Of a stretch of 64,000 bases of DNA, positions 25,522 through 32,430 are shown in pieces (position 1 is the stretch's first letter; each line of letters begins with the position of its first letter). Made by a program: the position numbers and the translations under genes. The stretch is from Candidatus Nealsonbacteria bacterium (GTDB lineage: Bacteria > Patescibacteriota > Minisyncoccia > Minisyncoccales > MHMH01): assembly GCA_016188865.1 (NCBI GenBank), contig JACPGX010000002.1, positions 2,398 through 66,397 of the forward strand. The letters run 5' to 3'. The notes below the pieces were generated by a model. That model saw only the letters and a list, made by a program, of their open reading frames with translations, did no database searches and was not told where the DNA came from.

Positions 25522-25833
25522 GTGGAAAGTATAATTGTCATACTCGTAGTTGCAGTTTCGTTTTTCATCATACCTATAGTCGTATTAATAGCAAACCAAA
25601 CTCATCCTAAGCCCAAGAAACCAAAAATCCTCTATTACAGACGGGAGCCAAATCCTAATGCTAGCTGGGATATTGCAAACCCCTATGACTACATTCCCGT
25701 TTATGAAGAGCAGAACGACAAAAATGTTTTAATCAACCCCTGGGAACCGGTGGATATTCCGAAAGAAAAAAGCGATAAACAAAATCACCCAATCAATCCC
25801 TGGGAAAAGAAAGTTTTGGAGGCAGGAAAATGA
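25522..25833 (+). CDS. Tail-family protein P1: single-pass membrane protein ending in the double-NPWE tail
   Basis: GTG start. One N-terminal TM followed by KPKKPK (tail predicted cytoplasmic). C-terminus is INPWEPVDIPKEKSDKQNHPINPWEKKVLEAGK. Stop overlaps the P2 start (ATGA). Confidence 0.65.
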   Translation: MESIIVILVVAVSFFIIPIVVLIANQTHPKPKKPKILYYRREPNPNASWDIANPYDYIPVYEEQNDKNVLINPWEPVDIPKEKSDKQNHPINPWEKKVLEAGK

Positions 25834-26327
25834 AACAAGATAGTGTTTTAACCGAAATGATTATAAAATTGTTAATAATTCTCTATAAAATATTTATTTT
25901 TTGGCCAATAAGGATTATCATTGCGCTTATTTACTACTTTATTCTTTACCCCTGGTTGGCTGCAATAAATGGTAAAGGCATAGATCCTCCCTTTGAAGCT
26001 TTAGCTTTGGATGATATGGATAGTTGTATATGCGCGCTCGTGGCGGACTTTTTTGTGATGATAACGATGATAATTATGCTGTACCAGAGTGCTCTTTGGG
26101 CGCCATTGGGCTATTTTATCTTCCGATTATTTTCTTATTTAGTTCCGTTGGCTTACTGCAAAGTGAAAGAGGAACAAATTTCTCTCCAGTCGCAACCCAA
26201 ACCTCAAGTGCAGTCTCAACCCAAGGCAACCAACCCCTGGGAGCCGGTGGATATTCCGAAAGAAAAAAATGATAAACAAAATCCCCCGATTAATCCATGG
26301 GAAAAGAAAGTTATAGAAATTAACTAA
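25830..26327 (+). CDS. Tail-family protein P2: multi-pass membrane protein ending in the double-NPWE tail
   Basis: Three to four TM segments. C-terminus is TNPWEPVDIPKEKNDKQNPPINPWEKKVIEIN. Confidence 0.7.
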   Translation: MKQDSVLTEMIIKLLIILYKIFIFWPIRIIIALIYYFILYPWLAAINGKGIDPPFEALALDDMDSCICALVADFFVMITMIIMLYQSALWAPLGYFIFRLFSYLVPLAYCKVKEEQISLQSQPKPQVQSQPKATNPWEPVDIPKEKNDKQNPPINPWEKKVIEIN

Positions 26328-26331
26328 CAAA

Positions 26332-26351
26332 GAGCCTCAACAAAGAGGCTC
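26332..26351 (+). terminator. Hairpin after P2 (GAGCCTC / GAGGCTC), duplicated after P3
   Basis: Same hairpin and flanks as 26852-26873. The T-run is weak. Confidence 0.4.
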
Positions 26352-26369
26352 CTTAATCAGCTGGACGGA

Positions 26370-26398
26370 TTGAACGAATGGGTGCGGGTGTATATTGT
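26370..26398 (+). promoter_or_regulatory. Putative promoter of P3 (TTGAAC-N17-TATTGT)
   Basis: TTGAACgaatgggtgcgggtgtaTATTGT, 30 nt upstream of the 26429 ATG. Confidence 0.35.
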
Positions 26399-26428
26399 AA
26401 TGTTGTACAAGAAATGAAGGGGGAAAGG

Positions 26429-26848
26429 ATGAATAATTCAGAATTATTGAGGGTAGTCACTGAAAGAACTAGGAGCGGGAAACTTCAGTGGCTTCAAAGG
26501 AAAAATACGTGGTGGTGTGATGTACGGCATGCTGAATTTGAATGTTATGGTTTGTCGCTGATATACTACCCCACATCTACCCCCTCGGATTTATGCCTGC
26601 GCATTGAGAATTACCAAAAATATATTGAATTAAGAGATAGAGGGTTCCGATTTTTTTCAAAACCAATTCATAAATTGTACGATCTGATCCGATATAAAAA
26701 TTTAATCCCGCCACAAACACTAAATCCGCATTCCAAAGATAGGCCTCAAGATCTTAATGTTTGGGAACCGGTCAATATCCCAAAAACTGCCAAAGAAAAA
26801 ATAGAAATCATCAACCCCTGGGAGAAGAAAGTGGCGGAAATCAACTAA
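26429..26848 (+). CDS. Tail-family protein P3: soluble protein ending in the double-NPWE tail
   Basis: ATG at 26429 preceded by GGGGGAAAGG. The track's 26378 start lacks an RBS. C-terminus is LNVWEPVNIPKTAKEKIEIINPWEKKVAEIN. Confidence 0.65.
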   Translation: MNNSELLRVVTERTRSGKLQWLQRKNTWWCDVRHAEFECYGLSLIYYPTSTPSDLCLRIENYQKYIELRDRGFRFFSKPIHKLYDLIRYKNLIPPQTLNPHSKDRPQDLNVWEPVNIPKTAKEKIEIINPWEKKVAEIN

Positions 26849-26851
26849 CAA

Positions 26852-26880
26852 AGAGCCTCAATAAAGAGGCTCTTTAAATT
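26852..26880 (+). terminator. Hairpin terminator after P3 (AGAGCCTC / GAGGCTCT)
   Basis: Duplicate of the P2 hairpin, followed by TTTAAATTTTT. Confidence 0.45.
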
Positions 26881-26881
26881 T

Positions 26882-26910
26882 TTGACAAAAATCTAAATTG
26901 GTGCTAAGGT
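26882..26910 (+). promoter_or_regulatory. Putative promoter of the vWA unit (TTGACA-N17-TAAGGT)
   Basis: TTGACAaaaatctaaattggtgcTAAGGT. Its position argues that the real vWA start is the ATG at 26972. Confidence 0.45.
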
Positions 26911-26971
26911 AATGCGTCTGAATGATTCAGATATTTTTGAGTACTTTAAAAATAAGGCGGGGAGGGCGAAT

Positions 26972-28672
26972 ATGTCTCCTGAAGATGAAAGATTAAGCCA
27001 GGTTATTGATTTCAGGGTCGGCAGAGGGGCTAAGGGAAAATATCCCATTGAAAGAAGGCCCCTTATTCCCGCTCCCTCAACTGATGGAAAAAAGATTTTT
27101 ATTCCAACGCCATTTCCTTTTTCCCAAGAAATGCTTATAGACACCATACGCCACGAAGCTGACCACATTAAAGAAATGGAAGACCTGTCGAGAAAAATCT
27201 CCAATAACCCAGCAACCGACGCCGCCAAGGAATATATTGAGAAATTTTTCTGGCGCAAGGAAGTTGAAGAAAACCCAACTCTAGCTTTTGAGATATTGAA
27301 TATCGTCTGGGATAACAGCATTGACGCTGCGGCCATAAAAGAATTGGCTGGTTCAAAAAGAATTTTTGAAAAAGAAAAACCAGGTATTTTAGCCAAAAGG
27401 CCGTCAACCGCTAGATTTAATGATTTAGATAAATTCCGCGAGCTATTCCTGCAAAAAACTCTGCTTGGCCAAACAAAGGAAGTAGTGCCGGAAAAATGGC
27501 AAACTCTGCTTGAAGAATGCGTTAATTATGCCAAAAATGCCCAAGGAAAAGATATTCCGGCTTACTTGGAGACTACTCAAAGCATATACCAAAAATTCAA
27601 GGAAAACTTTGATATCAAACAAAAACTCCAGAGATTGCCTCCTTTGCATGGCCGAGGAAAACCGGTAGAGGGTTTCCAAATTCCCCAAAATTATCGGGAA
27701 GAAGAAAATTCCAACCAAGGCAACGGCAAAAAAACATCCAAAAAGCCCAAAGAAAAAGAATCAAAAGAAAAAACGAACGAAACGCAAGAGAAAAACAAAC
27801 CACGGGAAAAATCTGAGGGGCGAAAAGAGCCAAAAGATAAGCGGGGAGAACAAAAGGAAACTCCCTGGCTGAATGAAGACAGAGATATTCTCAATCCAGC
27901 TCTTTTGGAACTTGAAGGCCGGGGAAAAGTCGGCGAAATAATCGGCAAACATTCTGGCGAGATTGAAAGAATGATTAAAATCTTCCGCCATTTAAAGCAA
28001 GAGGCCATGCTGCCCAAAAGGAAAAGGGACGGCCAAGAACTTGAGCTTGATGAATACATCCAGTCGGAATTGAAAAAAGAGGCGACCGGCGTTGATTCTC
28101 AAGAACCCATGTTTCTAAACGAAATAAAGAAAAAACCTAATCCAGCCTGGGCAATTTTGCAGGATATTAGCGGTTCAACCTCCGGCATCATCGAAGAACT
28201 GAAAGCCGCTTCAATCATTCTCGGCGAAACCATGAAAAGATCAAATTACCATTTCGGATTATATGCTTTCAACTCTGATGCTTCCGGCAAGGATTACCTG
28301 TATCCATTGAAAGACTTCGAAGAGAAATATTCTTTAGATTCTCTCAAAAAAATCCTTAACCTTCAAAGCGACGGCGGCACCGGCATGGCTGACGCCATTA
28401 AGTATCTTACGGAAAAACTGCTGAAACTACCCGGCTTCCCGCGAGGATTAATCGTAGTAACCGATGGAATGCCCAATAGGTTAGCTCCCGTTGAAAGAGT
28501 AATCAAGGAAGCTGCTTCAAGGGGCGTAATCGTAATTTTTGTCTGCGTTGGACAGCATTTGCCGGAAATAAGCAAAATCGTTAAAGAATATATTTCAATC
28601 AAGAACGAGGAAATTCATAAACTCCCGCAGGAAATGCTGGCAATTTTCAGAAAATACCGGCTGGCGAGGTGA
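26972..28672 (+). CDS. HExxH (putative metallopeptidase) plus K/E-rich linker plus vWA(MIDAS) protein, DUF2201-like architecture
   Basis: ATG at 26972 after GGGGAGGG (alternative upstream ATG at 26912). HEADH motif in DTIRHEADHIKEM. Low-complexity KE-rich stretch. MIDAS residues: DISGSTSG, SDGGTG, VVTDGMPN. Confidence 0.75.
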   Translation: MSPEDERLSQVIDFRVGRGAKGKYPIERRPLIPAPSTDGKKIFIPTPFPFSQEMLIDTIRHEADHIKEMEDLSRKISNNPATDAAKEYIEKFFWRKEVEENPTLAFEILNIVWDNSIDAAAIKELAGSKRIFEKEKPGILAKRPSTARFNDLDKFRELFLQKTLLGQTKEVVPEKWQTLLEECVNYAKNAQGKDIPAYLETTQSIYQKFKENFDIKQKLQRLPPLHGRGKPVEGFQIPQNYREEENSNQGNGKKTSKKPKEKESKEKTNETQEKNKPREKSEGRKEPKDKRGEQKETPWLNEDRDILNPALLELEGRGKVGEIIGKHSGEIERMIKIFRHLKQEAMLPKRKRDGQELELDEYIQSELKKEATGVDSQEPMFLNEIKKKPNPAWAILQDISGSTSGIIEELKAASIILGETMKRSNYHFGLYAFNSDASGKDYLYPLKDFEEKYSLDSLKKILNLQSDGGTGMADAIKYLTEKLLKLPGFPRGLIVVTDGMPNRLAPVERVIKEAASRGVIVIFVCVGQHLPEISKIVKEYISIKNEEIHKLPQEMLAIFRKYRLAR

Positions 28673-28675
28673 AAA

Positions 28676-29218
28676 ATGGAGTGGTTAATTAGGAGTTCAA
28701 AAGAAAAAAAAGAGCTGGAGATATTTGCGGTCGGAGGAAAGGACAAAAAGCTGGTTGCCAAAATTCTTGATGACTTTGTTTTGCAAAAACCGGAAGTCTT
28801 GCCCAAAAAAGCGCAAATCCAAAACTTAAATGGAAAAACCCTGGGTTTCATCGAAGCTTTTTATCCGGAAAAAGATGAAATTACAATTCTCTCCAGTCGG
28901 GGAAATTTGATCTCGCAACTCCAAAAAGGCAATAACCATCTGAAGGTTAGAGCAAGATTAAAGATGGGTTTCGTTTCTGGCGCTGTTAAGAAAGAAAAAT
29001 TCGAAATTATACCTTTGGCGCAGGCAGTTTTTAAAGAAAACTTAGGCGCCGGCATCCAGCAAATTTATTCTTTTGGAAAAGAAAAAATTTATTACTTTGA
29101 GAAAGACGATGAGATAGCCATTACCGTGAGAGGCGGAGCAAGATTTTTGAAATTTTTACCTCTTTTGCTTGCCCAAAGGGTTTGGCGGCAAGAGGAGATA
29201 AAAAAACTCTTATCATAA
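28676..29218 (+). CDS. Hypothetical 180-aa protein, apparent stand-alone homologue of the N-terminal domain of the neighbouring AAA ATPase
   Basis: By-eye alignment: KKLVAKILDDFVLQKPEVLPKK...GKTLGFIEAFYPEK versus KSPIAKVVFPDIAQNEVFLPVV...EEKIGEIQTWLPEE, and later EKFEI versus EKTFEI. Confidence 0.55.
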   Translation: MEWLIRSSKEKKELEIFAVGGKDKKLVAKILDDFVLQKPEVLPKKAQIQNLNGKTLGFIEAFYPEKDEITILSSRGNLISQLQKGNNHLKVRARLKMGFVSGAVKKEKFEIIPLAQAVFKENLGAGIQQIYSFGKEKIYYFEKDDEIAITVRGGARFLKFLPLLLAQRVWRQEEIKKLLS

Positions 29219-29235
29219 AACTAGAGATAAAAAAA

Positions 29236-29269
29236 ACCTTGTCAGTCACACACATTGACAAGGTTTTTA
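29236..29269 (+). terminator. Rho-independent terminator of the vWA unit
   Basis: ACCTTGTCA / TGACAAGGT 9-bp stem followed by TTTTT. The right arm doubles as the -35 of the next promoter. Confidence 0.7.
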
Positions 29270-29283
29270 TTTTCTGCTAAGCT
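29255..29283 (+). promoter_or_regulatory. Putative promoter of the P4-ATPase unit (TTGACA-N17-TAAGCT)
   Basis: TTGACAaggtttttattttctgcTAAGCT. The conserved leader starts 7 nt downstream, with the same geometry as at 25440-25498. Confidence 0.5.
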
Positions 29284-29289
29284 ATTTTG

Positions 29290-29312
29290 TCTAGCAACTT
29301 AAAAATTTAACG
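29290..29312 (+). promoter_or_regulatory. Conserved 5' leader box, copy 2 (TCTAGCAACTTAAAAATTTAACG)
   Basis: Matches 25475-25498 except for one substitution and one single-base indel. Confidence 0.55.
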
Positions 29313-29327
29313 AACGGGGTAAAAGAA

Positions 29328-29732
29328 ATGACGAAGACTAAAGAGCGGGGAATAACAAAAAATATCTGCATAATTTTGGGTATTACGGCTTGCGTTTATC
29401 TGTGGATGTTGATGGGTTTTTCTGATCATAAAAATCAATGGTGGGGCTGGGAGAAACCATGGAAATCGACAGAGGAGCATGCGATCGTTTATAAAATAGT
29501 GAGCATCCTATCCCCCTCGCCCTACCCTTACATCGGCAATTTCGCTACTGGAAATTATACTACTGGCAATACAATAATTCCTCCAGACCGAAAGGAAACT
29601 CTCGAAGAACCAGAAAAATGGAAAGAAACTTTAACCAATCCTTGGGATCCGGTGAATATTCCGAGGGAGGGCAAAAAGAAGGAGCCCCCAATCAATCCGT
29701 GGGAGAAGAAAATTTTGGAGGCAGAGCAATGA
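29328..29732 (+). CDS. Tail-family protein P4: single-pass membrane protein ending in the double-NPWE tail
   Basis: One TM (ICIILGITACVYLWMLMGF). C-terminus is TNPWDPVNIPREGKKKEPPINPWEKKILEAEQ. Stop overlaps the ATPase start (ATGA). Confidence 0.7.
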   Translation: MTKTKERGITKNICIILGITACVYLWMLMGFSDHKNQWWGWEKPWKSTEEHAIVYKIVSILSPSPYPYIGNFATGNYTTGNTIIPPDRKETLEEPEKWKETLTNPWDPVNIPREGKKKEPPINPWEKKILEAEQ

Positions 29733-31291
29733 AAGATTACCTGATTGTTTTTGAGGAAAAGGGAGTTTTTATTTTTGAGAGAGACACAAAAAAAAGTCCC
29801 ATAGCTAAGGTGGTTTTCCCCGACATCGCCCAAAATGAAGTTTTTCTGCCTGTAGTTTATCCGGTGTTATCGGCTAGCGAAGAAAAAATCGGCGAAATTC
29901 AAACTTGGCTACCCGAAGAGTGTCTATTCCGCAGCCGGATTAATTCCAAAATGTCCGAAACAATTAAAGACCAAAAAGTAATAAAAATAAAAGTAAAAAA
30001 CCTGATAGATGGAACGGAGAAAACGTTTGAAATCTATGGTCGGAACCGGCAAAACTTATCAAAAGAAGAGGCCGATAAATTAAAAGAGTACGGTTTTACC
30101 CGAGGTTTGGATATTATTCGAAACGAAAAAGTTGGCGCGATCGATTTTTACGAAAAAAAGGAAGGGCAAAGAGCGCTCTTAAAGCTTGCTGACAATCTAT
30201 CCTGGGAAGAATTCGCGATTTTAGCGGTGCTTGATAAAATTAATAATCAGCTCAAGGGCAAAAAAATAGCCGAGGAATTGATTAAGGTGACTGCCCCGAC
30301 AAGAGCTAAAACTAAAATTGTTTATAAAACACCGGAAAAAGAGGATGAGGAAAGGAAGGAAGTGGAGAAACACGCCGAGGCGGCGGATAGCTATCGAGAA
30401 TTTGTTGCCTCCCTTCCAGCTACCAGACAAGAAAGAGCAACTGAATATATCGACCAAAACGGCGAGTGGGATATTTTTAATGAATTCATGGATAGGCAAA
30501 AACCAGTTTTGATTAATGGCCCGACGGGCAACGGCAAATCAACGATGATTAAGTGGTATGCTAAAACTCGCGGCCAATCCTATTTTAAATATACCGGTCA
30601 CCGAGATACGGCCCTGAAAGATTTAGTCGGACTCTGGGTGCCGACTAGCGGAAAGCCCATTAAAGCTCCGGGTCCCCTAACTCTAGCTATGGTTCATGGA
30701 GGCATATTCCATTTTGAAGAAATCGGGCCGGTCAGCCAGGAAGTTCTTGAGGGCATTCATACCGTCCTTGATGATAAAGAAATCATTCTTGATTCCCAGT
30801 TCGGTTTTGAAGTGATAAAAGCTCACCCAGAATTCAAGATGGTATCCTCGGGAAATCTAAACAGGGGCTACACAGTGAATGAATTCAATGCCGCTTCCAT
30901 GGAGAGGTGGATTCAAATACGGCTGGGCTACCCGAATAAAGAAAACACTACTGAAATCATCGCTTCGGTAACCGGGATCGACAGACAAATCGCTGGAAAA
31001 TTGACTGAGATTACTTTTGAAATGAGAAATTTTCTCTTTCAAAACTACCAAATGGATTTCGGCTTGCGAGGCCCGGTAGCTGTGGCCGAGGCTTTCATGA
31101 ATAACTCCAATCAGCCCTTGATGAGACTAATCGAAGTTTGCATGATAAATCCGAAAGCGACCTATGACGAATCTGATTTGAGAAAAAGGTTAAGAGAAAT
31201 TGTTGAAAAACATTTCAATCTTGCGGATAGCGAACGAACTCCCGGAAACAGCAAAAAATTTGTTCCTCATAATAAGGCCCTGGACTCTTAA
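29729..31291 (+). CDS. AAA_5 (MoxR/CbbQ/NorQ-type) ATPase with an unassigned N-terminal region of about 260 aa
   Basis: Start at ATG 29729, after GGAGG and coupled to P4. The track's 29618 start overlaps P4 out of frame. Walker A is LINGPTGNGKST, Walker B is GGIFHFEEI, followed by SQEVLEGIHTVLDDKEIIL, typical of AAA_5. Confidence 0.8.
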   Translation: MKDYLIVFEEKGVFIFERDTKKSPIAKVVFPDIAQNEVFLPVVYPVLSASEEKIGEIQTWLPEECLFRSRINSKMSETIKDQKVIKIKVKNLIDGTEKTFEIYGRNRQNLSKEEADKLKEYGFTRGLDIIRNEKVGAIDFYEKKEGQRALLKLADNLSWEEFAILAVLDKINNQLKGKKIAEELIKVTAPTRAKTKIVYKTPEKEDEERKEVEKHAEAADSYREFVASLPATRQERATEYIDQNGEWDIFNEFMDRQKPVLINGPTGNGKSTMIKWYAKTRGQSYFKYTGHRDTALKDLVGLWVPTSGKPIKAPGPLTLAMVHGGIFHFEEIGPVSQEVLEGIHTVLDDKEIILDSQFGFEVIKAHPEFKMVSSGNLNRGYTVNEFNAASMERWIQIRLGYPNKENTTEIIASVTGIDRQIAGKLTEITFEMRNFLFQNYQMDFGLRGPVAVAEAFMNNSNQPLMRLIEVCMINPKATYDESDLRKRLREIVEKHFNLADSERTPGNSKKFVPHNKALDS

Positions 31292-31305
31292 GGTCCGGGG
31301 CTTTT
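31277..31305 (+). terminator. Rho-independent terminator of the P4-ATPase unit
   Basis: GCCCTGGAC / GTCCGGGGC stem (one G-U pair) followed by TTTT. The stop codon lies in the loop. Confidence 0.6.
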
Positions 31306-31380
31306 CAATTGCACAGGGGTTGATTTTTATTCAATCTTTGATAATCTCTTGAGAGGACTTTGACAATAAGGGAGGATGGG

Positions 31381-32421
31381 ATGAGGGCGATAGTTAAAAC
31401 TAAAATGGCGCCGGGAGCGGAATTGTTAGATATTCCCATTCCAATGCCGAAGCCAGATGAGGTTTTGGTTAAAATGAAGGCTGTTTCCATTTGCGGCACG
31501 GATGTCCATATATATGAATGGGATTCAGCCGCACAGATGTATATAAAAAATGTCCCGCAAATAATGGGCCATGAATTTGCCGGAGAAATCGTTGAAGTCG
31601 GCAAAAAGGTAAAAAAATTCAGAGTTGGCGACTATGTTTCTGCCGAAACCCATATTTTTTGCGGTAAATGCCTGCAGTGCAAAAACAATCAAAAAAACAT
31701 TTGCGAAAAAGGAGAAATTTTCGGCTTAACCTGCGACGGCTGTTTTGCCGAATACGCGGCAATTCCGGAAATAATCATTTGGAAAAATAACCCGCAGCTT
31801 CCGCCGGAAATAGCCACCCTGCAAGAACCTTTGGGAAATGCAATTTACTGCTCTCTTGCCAATGATAAAAATCTGAATGGGAAAAAAGTGCTGATTATAG
31901 GCGACGGCCCAATCGGCTTGCTGGCAACTGGCGTCTGCTATGCCGAGGGGGCAGAAACGGTTGTTCTTGTTGGCTTGGAAGAAGAACGGCTGAAAATCGC
32001 AAGGCGGATGGGCGCTTTCACGCTCAACGGCGAAAATCCTAACGCGACAAAAATCCTCTTGGATTTCACCAATAAAAGAAAATTTGACGTTGCTCTAGAA
32101 ATGGCTGGAAATGCAAAGGCTAGCGCCATGGCTCTTAACATGGTAAGAAATGGCGGCAGAATGTCGGCCTTTGGCATTTACGGCGGACCATTCTTTATAG
32201 AAAACTATGGAAATTTTGTCAGGAGCGGCATAGAAATACAGGCAATATCCGGCCGAAGAATCTGGCAAACATGGAAAGAAACAAGAAGATTGCTGGAATC
32301 GGGGCTTCTTGATATTACTCCGATTATCACGCATAAACTGCCCTTGGCGGAATTTCAAAAAGGTTTTGATTTAATGATTAAAAGGCCGAAAGTTTCGGGA
32401 AAAGTAATTTTGCTCCCATAG
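31381..32421 (+). CDS. tdh: L-threonine 3-dehydrogenase (Zn-dependent MDR family)
   Basis: ATG at 31381 after AAGGGAGGA. ICGTDVHIYEWD and GHEFAGEIVEVG motifs. Followed by kbl. Confidence 0.85.
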   Translation: MRAIVKTKMAPGAELLDIPIPMPKPDEVLVKMKAVSICGTDVHIYEWDSAAQMYIKNVPQIMGHEFAGEIVEVGKKVKKFRVGDYVSAETHIFCGKCLQCKNNQKNICEKGEIFGLTCDGCFAEYAAIPEIIIWKNNPQLPPEIATLQEPLGNAIYCSLANDKNLNGKKVLIIGDGPIGLLATGVCYAEGAETVVLVGLEEERLKIARRMGAFTLNGENPNATKILLDFTNKRKFDVALEMAGNAKASAMALNMVRNGGRMSAFGIYGGPFFIENYGNFVRSGIEIQAISGRRIWQTWKETRRLLESGLLDITPIITHKLPLAEFQKGFDLMIKRPKVSGKVILLP

Positions 32422-32430
32422 GAGGCGGCA

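Noticed and set aside
26893-28059. Several 70-170-aa ORFs on the minus strand opposite the vWA gene (similar antisense ORFs lie opposite grdC, ileS, tgt and others)
   Set aside because: These are shadow ORFs inside well-supported genes, with low-complexity or implausible sequences and no RBS.
29618-29728. Upstream start of the ATPase ORF (MERNFNQSLG...)
   Set aside because: It overlaps the conserved tail of P4 in another frame. The ATG at 29729 has a GGAGG RBS and the same ATGA coupling junction seen between P1 and P2.
25720-29732. Near-identical tail-coding segments as template/variable repeats of a diversity-generating retroelement
   Set aside because: There is no reverse transcriptase ORF in the window. 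The differences between copies are not adenine-specific. The repeats are the conserved parts of the proteins, not the variable parts.
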